A stretch of DNA of 64,000 bases from Spironucleus salmonicida (taxonomy: Eukaryota), in contig NC_090598.1 of NCBI RefSeq assembly GCF_000497125.1, forward strand, positions 930,001-994,000, given 5' to 3'. The translations under genes were made by a program, and so were the position numbers. Each line of letters starts with the position of its first letter. The stretch's first letter is position 1. Shown here piece after piece: positions 51,298-64,000 of this stretch. The notes under the pieces are model-generated. The model saw nothing but the letters and a program-made list of their open reading frames with translations, had not been told where the DNA came from and made no database searches.

Positions 51298-54200
51298 ATG
51301 ACAGTCAAGCTCAGCAGACAGCAGCTGAGCTCTCTGCCGTCCGTAGTGGCCGCGCTCGCCGCCGAGAATAAGAAGGACAAGGACCTGAAGATGGCGCTTA
51401 CAGCGCTCACAACCGAGCTCGACGTGGCGGCCAAGCAGAGCCTTTATGCGCTGGAGCTGCAGCCGGAACTCATAGCTTCCGTTCTGACGCCCCTGCTAGC
51501 CAGACCACCCACGGCACACCTTTTTCGCCTCCTTTCCCTCCTTCCACTTTCTCAAATTTCTCAAATTTCTCAAATTGCGACTTCCCCCTTCCCTGAACAC
51601 CTTATCACCCTCTTTTAGCACCCCCTCGCCCGCGCTCCAGAGGCGATTCCGCTCCTTTTCCCGCTCCTTTCCGCTCCTATTTCGGCAGAAAGTCACCTGA
51701 AACTGCTCATTTGCGCGTTCCGGCAGTCCCCGGAGGCGCTTTTTCAGGCGGTTGCGCTCGCGTGCCTCAAATTCGACGCTACTCCCGAAATCCTCGAGAC
51801 GCTCGTGTCCTACTGCGACAAAGCGCTGAAAAACGTTTTTCTGTTCGACAAATTCGGCCCCAATTTTGAAGCTCAGGAACGCCAGAACTTCGTCGAAATC
51901 GTGCCTCAAATTCTGCTGATTATCGCCCAAAACTACCCCCATAACGCGCTCAACGAGACCTTCACGGAGCTCTTCTATCAGATTTACTCCAAGCTAATTC
52001 AGCTAATTCCCATTTCTACGAATAAAAATTAAAATGTATATTTATATATAATAGAGCATATATTGAAAATTTTCCTTCCACTTTTTCCGATTTCGCTGTT
52101 TTTCGACCACATAACTGCGTTCTGCGTTCGAATTCTGAACTTCGCGGAGGTGCGCAATTTCACGCTCAAATCGAACGTGATAATGCACCTAACGCGCCTC
52201 TTCAGCTCCGATGATTTGGACCTCCGGATCCTCGAAATTCTGCCCGCGCGACGCAACGTTTTGCTGCTCGACGCCGAGGCAGAATTCCCCGAAAAGTTCA
52301 CGTCAGCGACGGCCGAAAACGAGTTTTTTCTGTTCCAGCGGAAGCACTTTCCGCCGGGCCGGCTGCTGCAGCTCGTTTACGCGAATTTCGACTGTAAATT
52401 CGATTTTCCGGACCTTTTCGCGTCGATTTTTAAGGCTTTTTAGGACCAAATTGACATTCTGAAGCAGTACAAAAACGCGAACTTTCAGGTCGAAGGAGTG
52501 AAAAATACGCGATTCTACAGCTAAAAATTAAGTATAGAAGCGAAAAGAATTTTGGACAATTTGGGAGACGGTAATCAATATTATTCGAAAATTAGCAAGT
52601 TCATAAGAACATGTGGAGTGGTAAACATCGAAGAAGGTATTTTTTTAAATATGAAATAAGAGAAATAGGACGTCGAAATGGCGTACAAAAGCACCAACAT
52701 CATTGAGAGCCTCAAAAACGCGTTTTCGCGCCTCATCGACTCCATAGCGACGAATTTCAATCTGTGCGACTTTTCACTCAAATTCTGCGATTTTCAGCCA
52801 ACTTTCGGACTTTCAAGTATGCCAAAAATCGAAAATTAGGAGCGGAAAATCAAAATGTAAGCCGGATTCTAACTTTTCGATGAGGCGCCCATGAAGGCCA
52901 TTAGCCTCTTCGAGCGGCTCGGATACCTCCCGGAACTGACGAAATTGGACGGTGTGGAAATCGAAGAGGAGGCGCCAAAGAAGCGCGTGAAACGCACTTT
53001 CGAGCAGGAATTTCAGCACAATTTGGACCTCATCGACGAGTTTTCGTGCCAGTACACGAACGCCGAGAGCTACTTCCAGAGCGTCGTGGCGTTCGTTTTC
53101 AAGTACCTCAAAAACGCAGATTTTGACATCGGGCTCTCGCGCACAGGTTTTGGGGAGCTCATCGGCGGCGCGCGCGTCCTGAACCGCGCGATTTTGCTCC
53201 ATTTTACGACGTTTTTCGAGCAAAATTACCTGCCCCAAAACGCGTAATTCGTGTCAGCGCTGCGTGCGTTTCTGGGCCTTTTCCGGCTCCCTGGCGAGGG
53301 CCAGGTGATCGACCGAATCGTCTCATTTTTCTCCTGGGCGTACGCGAAATCGGCCAATTTGTCCCACCGGACGACCCACGGCCTCAGCTACGCCGCGATA
53401 ATGCTCAATACGGACCTGCACAACGCCTCAGCGCGCCAGGGCCGCATGACGCGCGAAATGTTCGTTCGCAACACGAAGCAAATCGACTGCTCCGGGGAGC
53501 TCTCTGACGAGTTCCTGGGCGCCGTTTACGACGAAATCGAGCGCAGCCCGTTCACGCTGGGGAGCATCGAGGCGATAAAGGCGAAATTCGCGATTCTGAG
53601 CAAATTGGGCGACGACGCCGATGCTCAAGCCTCGCGCGAGGGCGAGGCGTGCCTCGAATGGGTCAAAATCGGCATGCGGCAGTTCAACAGCGAAATTTTG
53701 AGCATTACGAATTTCGAATTTCAAAATTGCGTTTTCGACGAAATTTCGATGAACCACATGATATAACGATTAGGAGTGGAAAATCTCAAATCGCTCCTAA
53801 ATCTGACGCGCGCGGTGGAGCCGAGCTGGCCGAGCCAAATGTGCCTCCAGAACGCGCTGCGGCTGTACCTGCGCAGCGCGATGGGCGAAATTCGTCAGGA
53901 AGTCGTGGAAATCTACATTTCGTACTCAGAAATCCTCGAAAATCCGATCCTGCAGCGCCCGGCGTTCGACTCGCAGAGCACCGCGCTGGGCGCGTACCGC
54001 AACGGGGCATTTTCGCCCGAATTCCGCACCCCGAAAATGAGCCCCCAGAAACTTGATCTGATCCAGTTTCTGATCGAACGAGCGAGTTTCCGGAGCGGTT
54101 TAAACGACTCATTGGTCGATTTCGGCCCAAAAATCGAATTCGGCGCAGCGCTGCTGCAGATCGGCGAAGTCGTCTCGCGTTGCGTCTACGTCGATTTGCT

Positions 54201-55908
54201 GCTGCGAAAAGGCATTTCGCGCCGTTTCCGCAACGCTGGCGGCCCTGAGGCGCTGCGGCAGGACCTCACGGAGTCGCTTTTCGGCAACGCCGAAGTGGTC
54301 CAGAATTACATAATAATCAGCAAATATTTCGCCGAAAATCAGACGCTCGCAAAGGTCGAAAAGCTGTTCGCTAACGCCTCAGCGCTCTCGAACGAGGAGT
54401 TCAAGTACTTCGTTGAGGTGCTCTCGACGAACGCGGAAACGGAGCAGAAAATCTATTTGAATATCGATTATTAGCAATTTTCGATTTCTAAGCTGATTTC
54501 GACGCTTTCGGTCAAATTGGAAGAGAATTTGGGGCAGTTTGAGGACTTATATCCGCTGGTTACGCCTGCGGTGGTGAGCATTTTGTCGACTTCGAATCAC
54601 CGTTTGGGGTCGAATATCGCGATTTCTGTGCATTAAATTATCATGCAATATCTGCTCAAGAACCGCAGCAGCGAAAATTCGCGGCTTTTCGGTCAAATTC
54701 TGGCCCCTTTCACTTAAACGCTCAATTCCTCGGAACTTTACATGATTTCCATAATCCTCTCTTATTTATCTTCATATTTAACTATATATGATAAAAATTC
54801 CCTTCCACCATTTCAGTTTTTGGTTTCTTTCGCGGAAACGGTGCACGAAACGAGTCGCTAATTCTTCATTTCGTGCGAGAATTTGATCAAAAAGCTCGAC
54901 AAATCGATGAATATGAAGAGCCAGATCGTGCAGTTGCAGGGGAAGGAATTCGTGCGCGAAATTAATTAAAGTCTGATATAAACGGTCAAAATGCTCGTTT
55001 TTTACGTCGAAAATGAGGAGATTTTTGAAAAAGTTAACGAATTATTTAGCGTTTTGGTACTGATATAACAAAACGAAAACTGTTATATCAGTTTGTATTT
55101 GGAACTGATATAACGATTTTCGAAAATTCCAAATTAGGAGCGGAAAATTTGCAAAATTTTGTGTATGTTCTTATCCGAAAGTAATGTGGAAAAACGGACT
55201 TAGAATTAAGTGCTAATTAGATAGTTTTTGCGGGAGCAAAATGTAGAGTTTTTGGTCGCATTTTGCGCGGAATCCATCGACACTTTTAGCAGCCAAAGTA
55301 GCGCGTGCGTGGGCGTCATAGATGGCGCTGAGACGTGCGGCTGCGGGGTGCATTGCGGGGTTGAATTCGTAGAAATCGACGAAAATTTGGCAGAAAAAAC
55401 GCTTCAAATTCTACTGTAAAAAGTGCAATATAAATAGATATTAAATATTATTGTTAATATTATAAAACGGAATTAGATTAAAGTGGATTTTTTAATTTAA
55501 GAGTTGGTCAAAATTGAGTTCCACGAAAAGCTGATATTCGTGTGGGAGAGTGCATTGCGCATGAGCTAGGTCGCATTGCCGTATTGCTGCGCATTTCTCA
55601 AGGAAAATATGGAATAATTTGGCAAATAGGAGTGGAAATTCGGTTTGCATTTCATATTTTCGAATTTCTTAGATAATCAGACTCCTGAGCACGCAAGCTG
55701 CGTATGCGAGGTTCTCAAAATTGAGCTTGCAAAGCCAGTTGCCGACAGGAAGTTTTTGCTAGAGTTTATTGTGTAATTACAAATGGATGTCTTCGAAAAG
55801 GTATTTAAGGATCAAGTGTACGACAGCCTGTTAGAATGCGTTTTAGATGATGATTTGGAGATCAGAAAGCAAGTTTATTGGATTTTGAAGGACTGGTACA
55901 AGAGATGA
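51298..55908 (+). CDS. large Sec7-domain ARF guanine nucleotide exchange factor
   Basis: FRLPGEGQVIDRI (glutamic finger) and LSYAAIMLNTDLHN; seven track ORFs lie in one frame separated by TAA/TAG; 1536 aa. Confidence 0.92.
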
Positions 55909-56984
55909 TTGAGTGTTAACGTTTTATGTATAATTTAGAGAGGTAAGGAGTGTTTTATATAGGTTAAAATTTTAGGTGGATTGTGCTTAATTTAGCTTGA
56001 AATTAGAAAAGCTGAAATGGCGGAGCAGGCAAGCAGTTTTAAAAGAATTATAGCGGGTGCAAATTACTGGCTATAACTCTTAATAATATTGGTAAATTTT
56101 ACCGTTTCGTGCAATTTTGTTAATTATTACAATAGACATTCAACTTAAGACTACAACTAAGTTAGACTTTCTTCTCAAAATTAGTTTAGATAGTCAAACA
56201 ATAAGAATTCATACTATAGAATTATCTAACTAGTCGGAATAAATAAAATGATGATATTTTAATTTTGTATGCGTTAGATTGGATATAATCACACTAAAAA
56301 TTTAAAAATATAGGTTTTAGTTATGAACTAACAGTAAAGTTTAGAAAAAACAATTCAATCTAATATTAGTACGAAAGAAATATTGTTACCTAATAAGAAC
56401 AAGTTTCAAACTATTTCAATTTAGATTCTAACATAGTCCAATTATTGTGTATTAAAAATAATAATTGTTGCTGTTACACTAGACATACCGATAAAGCTAA
56501 TTAAAATTATGGAACTTATACTAGCATTAGTCAACTAAGTTTTATACTCTTGTATAATAGGTCAACTTTCATCATCAATATCTAGAAAAGTATTTTCTCT
56601 TTCTAATTGATATGGAGTTTCCAATGATTCTAAGAATACTTTGTCCTAACTTCTATAGTGCTTTGTAATTATAGCAGATGTCTATTATTTAATACACAAT
56701 TAACTGATATCTCATACAATATACATATTCCCTTAATTTCATCATGTATTTCTTATGAAAAACACATTGGTCCGTTTAAGATTTCCATATCCTACAATTA
56801 TTTAATGTTTGCTAGTATTATTACAAACGAATCCTGTTAAAACGAAATTATCTTGGTAGGTTGCTAGTATATTCAAAGATTATTTATTAACTATAAAGTT
56901 AGTAGACGTAGCTACTACACTTTCTTTTGGGAGATATATTTTCATTTAATATATTATTATATATAATACATAATATATCTAAAA

Positions 56985-59780
56985 ATGTCAAACTCCTCTT
57001 CATCAGATGCAGAGGACCTATTTAGCAAATATTTTGAAAACCGGAAGACTCAAAAGGAAGCGTTACAGATACTTATTAATGATATGAATACAGCTACTGC
57101 AAAAGATATTTTTAATGTTCAAAACCAAAATCTTGAACAGATAGATGCATAAATCGATGAATTTGAAGACGATTTCGATGTTTAAGTGAACAAAATAGAG
57201 GATTTTTAACAAGATGCTGTAATTTTAGAAGAGGATTTAATAGATCAAACCTAAGAATTAAACATCCCAAGCTTAGAAAATGTCGAAATTTTGACCGACA
57301 AATCAATGATCGGTATTACTGATGCTCAAAGCCCAATGTATTCTGGTGTAGACGATACTTTAAATGCTTCAAATTGCGCTTTAAACAGCTCACTTTAAGC
57401 AACTTACGTAACAGAAAGTAAGCCTGTTGACACCACTTAAACACCGCTACTTCAGCAGTCGTAGCGCTTATTTTAACCAGCCCCAGAAAAGTCTAATTAG
57501 ACGCAAATTTTGAAGCTAAAAATAGCTCAAAAGAAGCGAAAAAGGCCAGAAAAACTAGAATTTAAAGAAATATAAATCCAAAATCTAACGGACAAAATGA
57601 AGTAACTAGATGAATAGTTTTAGAATACTGAGAAAGAGCGAAAAGAAAAAGCGGCCTTTACTTCCAAACGGAAGCAAATTTTCGACAGAAACAGTAAAAA
57701 TTTCAACAAAATAGATACCGACAATATAAAAATCACAAAATTAGAAAATTAGTACATTCCACTGAATTAAACAGTTTTTTATGTCACCAATATAGCAAAT
57801 ATATAATATAATAACATATTAATTTTAGATCTTGAAAATTGTAGAATTAAGCTAAATGATTTGAAAAATTCACTTTTGTCATTTTCTGCCAATAACTGCC
57901 AGGTAGAAGGAACGTCGATTTTATGCAGAAACTTAATATATGTAAAAATAACGAATTCAAATATGAAAGAGATTCATTTGGAGTGTTAAAATTTGACAGA
58001 ATGCAATTTGAGCAATAATCAAATTTTGACTGGAAATTTTGTCTGCCCAATGCTAAATTCACTTAAATTAGCTAATAACAATCTAAATTCAATTCAATTT
58101 TCCACTCCTTTACTTTCAATACTACATTTAAATCATAATAACGATTTTGATTAAACGATCGATTTTAGCTAATTCCAATTTTTGAAGGATCTCAATTTAT
58201 AATATACGAAATTACATTTTCCGTTTTAAAACATAAACTTGAATTACCTAGAATTACTTATTTTAAACACATAATAATTATAATATGAAAATTGTTTTTT
58301 CCCTTTTTTGAAAAAAATTGAAATGGAATTACTGCCATTTCCGGATGATTTCACGCACGCAATTTGCGATTTCAACGTCGTTTTTCCTAATATCGAAATC
58401 ATAAATTTCACAAACTCAATTTCTGCCCTTCCAATTTCTTTTAAAAACATTTTAATTTCCGCGTTTCCAAATTTAAAATCTTTCCAATAAACCGAAATTT
58501 CTCTTAGGCCGATCTCCAGCAAATACGAAAATTCGTTCGTTTTCAGCTTCATAAATTGCATGCCTTTATATCAGTTCCCTTCCTTTCCGGGTAGATTTTT
58601 TAATTATGCAATAACGAATTTAGGAATGGATGAACTCCGTTTAATTTTGACAGATTTAAACATCGTTGACGTCTCTGAATCAGAAACTAAAAATGATTAA
58701 AATGCGATTTTTTCATACTTTTTGAACCTTTTTGGATTTTCTAGAAGCGAAAAATCTAAATCAAATTTGATTCAAATCGAAATTAGCAAAAAATTGATTG
58801 TAGAAGTTGCACGATTACGGGCATTATATCAGCGCAGAAACAACTATTTTTAAAATTAAATTATTGTGAGTAGACGATTTTATCGCAATTTTGAGGCCAT
58901 TGGGAGCGTTAAAATTTAAAAATTCTATAGAAAAATTGTTGTGGAGCGTATTTTAGTATTAACTATTAATAAATGTATAATAATAAATAAATTGTTTAAA
59001 CAAAAAATTATTGAAAAATTGGAATAAAAAAAGAACGAAATCGAAGAATTCAATTATAAAATATAACAAGAAGAAGAAGAGCGTTAATTAGTTCTTTAAA
59101 AGGCAGAATCTGAGCGACAAAAGCTGGCAGAAGCTGCAGCTTTATAGTACAAAATCGCCGAATTTGGAAAAGTGGTTACGGCTATATAGCAGTAAATCCA
59201 ATATAAGTAAACGTTGTAAGAACATCTACTAAAGTATACAATTTAAATTTAGAAATTTTTCAAACGCTTTAAATTCCGCTCTAGCCTTAACTAGAAGCTT
59301 CTCATAGCGCGGCAGGCGCTAAACCTCAAAAAAGCTAATCTCGCTAATACATTTTCAGCCATAAATGAGCTCTTCGCGAACGATTTTGACGACGAATTAC
59401 CTAGTTTTGGGAATGAAAAATCTAATTCTAATTCAAATTCGAATTTCGATGATGACCTGAATTAAATGGATCTCTCCGGATACTTGAAAGACGCAGAAAA
59501 AACAGTATAGCACATTGATATTCCAATAATTGTCCTGTAGAATCACACTCCACTTCGTCAAATTAAACCGGACACAGTTATATCTCATAACGAAATTGTC
59601 AGTCCGCGCCGTTTATCGGCAATCGAGAAAGCCCATAACGCGGGATGGAACTTCGACACGGAACAGGCGGCTGAGGCGTGGCTGCGGCGCTAGAAAAAGG
59701 CGAAGCAGCAGCTGAACCAGAACACGCAGCTGAGCGCGACGCAGAAGTACGAAAAGATCGTCAACAAGCGCCGTGAGTGA
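56985..59780 (+). CDS. LRR and IQ-motif protein (LRRIQ1-like)
   Basis: Acidic N-terminus, LRRs (LTECNLSNNQI, LNSLKLANNNL, LSILHLNHN), IQ-like IQIQKFFKRFKFR; ends GAG TGA; frame spot-checked. Confidence 0.75.
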
Positions 59781-59793
59781 ATAAAACAGACAA

Positions 59794-61437
59794 TCACAGG
59801 TCGAACTCGTCATTGACTTTTATCGCTTTCCGGGACTTGAACTGCACCCCTACTTTAAATTTCATAATATAATAAACAACTAAGGCAATAAAAGAAATCG
59901 CAATTACAATTCCTGTATACAATAACCTATTTTACAAAATTCCATAATTCTGGTTAAATGTGTTCAGAATTGTCACAGTTTACCCCCTGCCACCGGTAGA
60001 AAACGTAATGTGCATTTCAAGTTTTTACTTAAAAGCAGCATTTGCTTGCTGCTAGCAGGCGGATGCGCAGGGCACGCAAATCGACGAGACTGTCATCGAG
60101 TAGTTAAGCTTTTGCGAAATCACCATTCCCCCGTACTCAATTTTGAAGACAGTTGGTTACGCCGTCAGGTACGGGCACTGCGTTGAGAAGGTATTCTGCG
60201 TGAGATTTACGCAGATTGCGTCTGCGCGCAGCGCACTCGACACCTCTGCCCAGCACGTGTTCTCGACCCGTGAAATCAACTGCGATGAGTAGAGATAAAT
60301 GGTATTGCTATCGTCGTAAAAATAGTAGTGGACCAGAATGTCGACTTCGGCCAAGTTGAGTCTCTGCAGCATACGTAACAGCGCCGTGCAGGAGCCATTA
60401 TCGCTGTCGTCGTCGCAGACGATTCCACGGTTTATTTCGCTGAAGTTGAAAGAGTTGCCTTCGAAAAAGAGGTTGCTGATCGTTTCCTGTGTAATTTGGC
60501 TGAAAATCTGATACCTGAGTTAAATTCGCTTCATCTGCGGTATGTAGAGTGTGTTCAGCTCCTCTGAGTTCTCGAGTCCGTCGGCCGTTATGATGAAGCG
60601 ATCTGACCAGACCGTAAAAATCGCGTTCTGGTACATTGCCTGGAGTTAGTGGCTTTGGATTAGCGAGATACTGGCCTGTTTGGCCACTGTAATTTCGTTA
60701 AATGCGACGTAGAAGTAAATTATTAGGGTATTGAAGCTGCTGTATACATATTCTGAGAAATCCTGCTTGATAACTTGCGTGAAGTAGCCAGTGAAGCTTT
60801 CTTCAACGTAAATGTCGTTTCCATCTTCGTCTTTTGCGTTAAAGCTCATCTCTTGAACGTTGTTGTTGGTGTCATAGAACTTAATTTAAAATTTTATTGT
60901 CGGGTTAGAATCATAAGGGCATTATCCAGAAGAAAAGATAACAAATTTGGCTTCAGTTGCTGATAAAAATACTTATGAGCGACCGCTGTCATAACAGTTA
61001 GAATATGTTGGATGTGTTATCATTATTTTACCAACTGGTAGTTTAGTTTTACGAATAAGCGATCTTATCGTAATAGATGCTACTTCAGTGTTTTAAATAA
61101 ATTTGCAGCTAGTATCGGCTCCTATAACTGGGCAGCTATAGCAGATTTATTTATCATTCTTGTAATCAAACACTTCAATCTGCCCTCTTATAACATTGTC
61201 AGGATAGTCGGAAACTTGTATTTCTAGATAAATCCCTTTCGGTATTTGATCGCATAAAGGGTTATGCTACATGTCAAAGATAACGCACATTTAACTAGTG
61301 TCAATATTTACCTAAAGCATGTTATTTCTACCATAGCAGTTATCTAACTCCACCTATTTATAGTATTTATCTTCTTCCTACTAGATGTCTGCTTAAAGGA
61401 TAAACTGGGTAGCAATATTTCCCAATATAATCAGCAT
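59794..61437 (-). CDS. type I membrane/surface protein, 547 aa
   Basis: Short hydrophobic N-terminus, scattered Cys, C-terminal TM LLYTGIVIAISFIALVVYYIM followed by a basic tail. Confidence 0.8.
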
Positions 61438-62686
61438 TTTTAATAAGTTAAAATTATTTAATAATGTAGAGTTTATTATGACTTTTAGGTTTTACGAGAA
61501 AAAATTAATTAATAATTTATTATTTATTTATTATTATCAAAAATTCAATTTCTAGAGAAAAATGAATTTTGTTTTTACTATACTATAAATATACCGAAGG
61601 TTAATACTAATTCTCAAACTTACAGAAAAATCAGTAATACTTAGTTTAGTATGAATACTGTATTCTTAATAAACTATTATAAATAATATTCATTGTTTAT
61701 AGTAATAATTATAAAACCGACATTACAAAAAAAATTAAAATTTACTTTTTTATTGGGATAAAATAAGCTGAGACATTTATAAACAAAACTTTACTGTAAT
61801 CTTTATACCAAAATAATATGGGCTTTGTAAACTCCATGTTATCATTTTCTTATCTTGAAAATTTTAAAACGATGAGACAATACGCCAATTATTTAATAAC
61901 GATACTCATTTGTATATATTCTCAGTATTCAATAGAAATTCATAATTATAGGAAAATTTATAAGTAATGTGAAAATATTAATACAACATAGAGATAGCAA
62001 TCCTAAATAAATTTAGTAATGACAATTATAATAAATATAATAGAAATTAGTATGAGAAGTAAAGATTACGAGCCAAAAGATGAATGTACCATTTTCTTAA
62101 CCTTAATATTGTACATATATAATTGCACATGGCTTTCAGTATGTAACATTAAATTATTTAAAACTAAAACTGCGATCTCGTACGTATTTAATCTTATTTT
62201 TTTGATTTACAAACTTTGTTTTCTCTTGACGATACTGTTTTAATTTACTAATAACTCATAAAAACACCTTACGTTTGGTAAATGACTATATTATTCGATG
62301 ATAATAATTGTAAAGATAAATTAAATCTGTACTCATCAGCAACTTTATATTTTAAAATGTTACCTAAATTTAACTAATGCTATTATATTCCATCCCACCA
62401 TCTTATTTAAACTTTTCAGTAAACATGACTCGTTTGCTCTGAATAATCCAATTTATCTTTGAACAACCCAAATAATACTTATAGAAAATGAACTAGCCCT
62501 ACTGAATACCCACTCATTTACCCCGATTCTATAAGTCAGCTATTCTGCACAGGATCATTCATCAAAACCCAAATTTCCAGTTTTTATAATTTTATATAAT
62601 ATTAAAATATAATATTGATATTTACCATTTAAACTAATTCCATAAAACTATATTATAATTATTATACAATTATCATTATAAACCAA

Positions 62687-63961
62687 TCACGCCCATTTGT
62701 AAATGCCGATGCCAAACGCCAAAATGATTATAGCAATCCCCACACCCATATAGATCGCGCAGGCGACCTGACCCCTAAGACTACCCTCTTTGCGGTATAC
62801 CTTGCCCGCGAACAGCGCCGGGAAGATGAACCCCAGGCTCCCACCAGCGACGGTGCTCGTGAAATCCAAAACGGTGTCAACGGAGTGCACGAAGAGGCCA
62901 ATAGCGAGCGAAACACCCACAATGCTACAGCTGATGATAACGCTCTTCCAGTACGCCACTTCTTTGACGTTCCAAATTAGACTTTCCATTCCTTTTCGCA
63001 TCGCGTAGACGGGGAGCGGAAAATGGCATATCATGAAGAAGAGGAGGCTCGAATTTGCAATTTCTGCGAGGATCGTGTGCGGCAGGTTCGAGAGGATGTC
63101 GGGCTGCGTGAGTTTCTCGAACGCGAAATACCCGAAAAAGCCCACCAGGAGGTACGTGCAGACGACCAAAAGCGACGTCGAGAATAGCACCTTGCACGCG
63201 TTTTTCTCGCGGTTTTAGAGTTCGCAGTACAGGTTCACGAAGTTGTACTGCGCCGAGTAGGCGTGGATCGAGAGCGAGAGCGCGAACAGCGACTTCAGAT
63301 TCACCTGGAAGGCCTGAACGTTGAGCGGCTGAATTTTGAGTTTTCTGAACAGAATAATCGCTAGAACGAGAGTTATGTAAAAGAACACAACAAGAATGGC
63401 GTAGGACACGAATTTGAGCATTTTAAGCTGTTTCAGGAAGCATAGCGGCAGGATCAGGAGCAGGGTTGCTCCTGTGGTAGCCAGGTTTCTGTAGAGTTCT
63501 TGGTCTTGACCAAAAAACCACATATTGTCTTTAATTACTACGACATAGCTGATTAGCGCTCCTTATATGAAAATAAGCTGCATAAGAACTGATATAATGC
63601 CTAAAATCTTGTTGTTGAAAAGTGCAAATGTTAGTTGGTTGAATTGGAATTTTTAGGTTGCATCGCATGCCTTTTTGAGCATAAAAAATGAAATTAGCGC
63701 TAAAACAGCAAAGGAAATAGAGATTAGTGGCCCCATAATATAACCGGCTACTGAAAAAATATACGGAATCGTAAGGACGCCGGATCCAAGCGTCGAGTTA
63801 ATAAAGTTGAAGATGCAGGCTGTGGGGGATTGTGATTTTGAGGGTTCTTGCATTTTTTCTAACTCTTTAGTTAGTTCGTCGATTTGCTCCATTTCAAGCG
63901 AATTTGATAGCATTGACTAGGCCGTTAGAATGGACCAGACACGTGAGCGCTATTCTGGCAT
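62687..63961 (-). CDS. amino acid transporter (AAAP/SLC38 family)
   Basis: IFNFINSTLGSGVLTIPY, LILPLCFLK, VGFFGYFAF, LGFIFPAL; in-frame ATG at 63961, alternative start 63913. Confidence 0.92.
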
Positions 63962-64000
63962 TTCTAGATTCGGTGAGAGAGTTTGGAATGTAAAAATATA

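Noticed and set aside
55910..56945. Possible small ORFs
   Set aside because: Only short or ATG-less frames were found; none supportable

Overview
This is gene-dense eukaryotic DNA from a hexamitine diplomonad, inferred to be Spironucleus-like. It uses genetic code 6 (TAA/TAG = Gln, TGA the only stop), so the supplied ORF track breaks almost every gene into fragments. Re-reading by hand with code 6 gives about 40 intronless CDSs. They include a UBR-box protein, a NEK kinase, a Kintoun-like protein, two GDPD paralogs, an LRR protein, a cystatin, two copies of zeta-COP, an SLC35F-like transporter, an RBBP4-like WD40 protein, a ROK kinase, Myb proteins, PACRG, a GPAT3/4-like acyltransferase, a SHIPPO-repeat protein, calmodulin, GluRS, a Sec7 ARF-GEF, an LRR-IQ protein and an amino-acid transporter. 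Structural highlights are a ~1.24 kb (CTAA)n array and a 1.5 kb near-perfect inverted repeat that carries three genes and a structured GC-rich leader containing a micro-inversion. There is also a duplicated GDPD + Myb-like module, a 482 bp perfect intragenic repeat in a protein with a repeated HxDSCxQNQ motif, a family of tiny MGxC proteins, and a recurrent AGGAGYGGAAA motif. No tRNA, rRNA, CRISPR array or transposase was recognised. All calls come from manual translation and motif recall; no searches were run.
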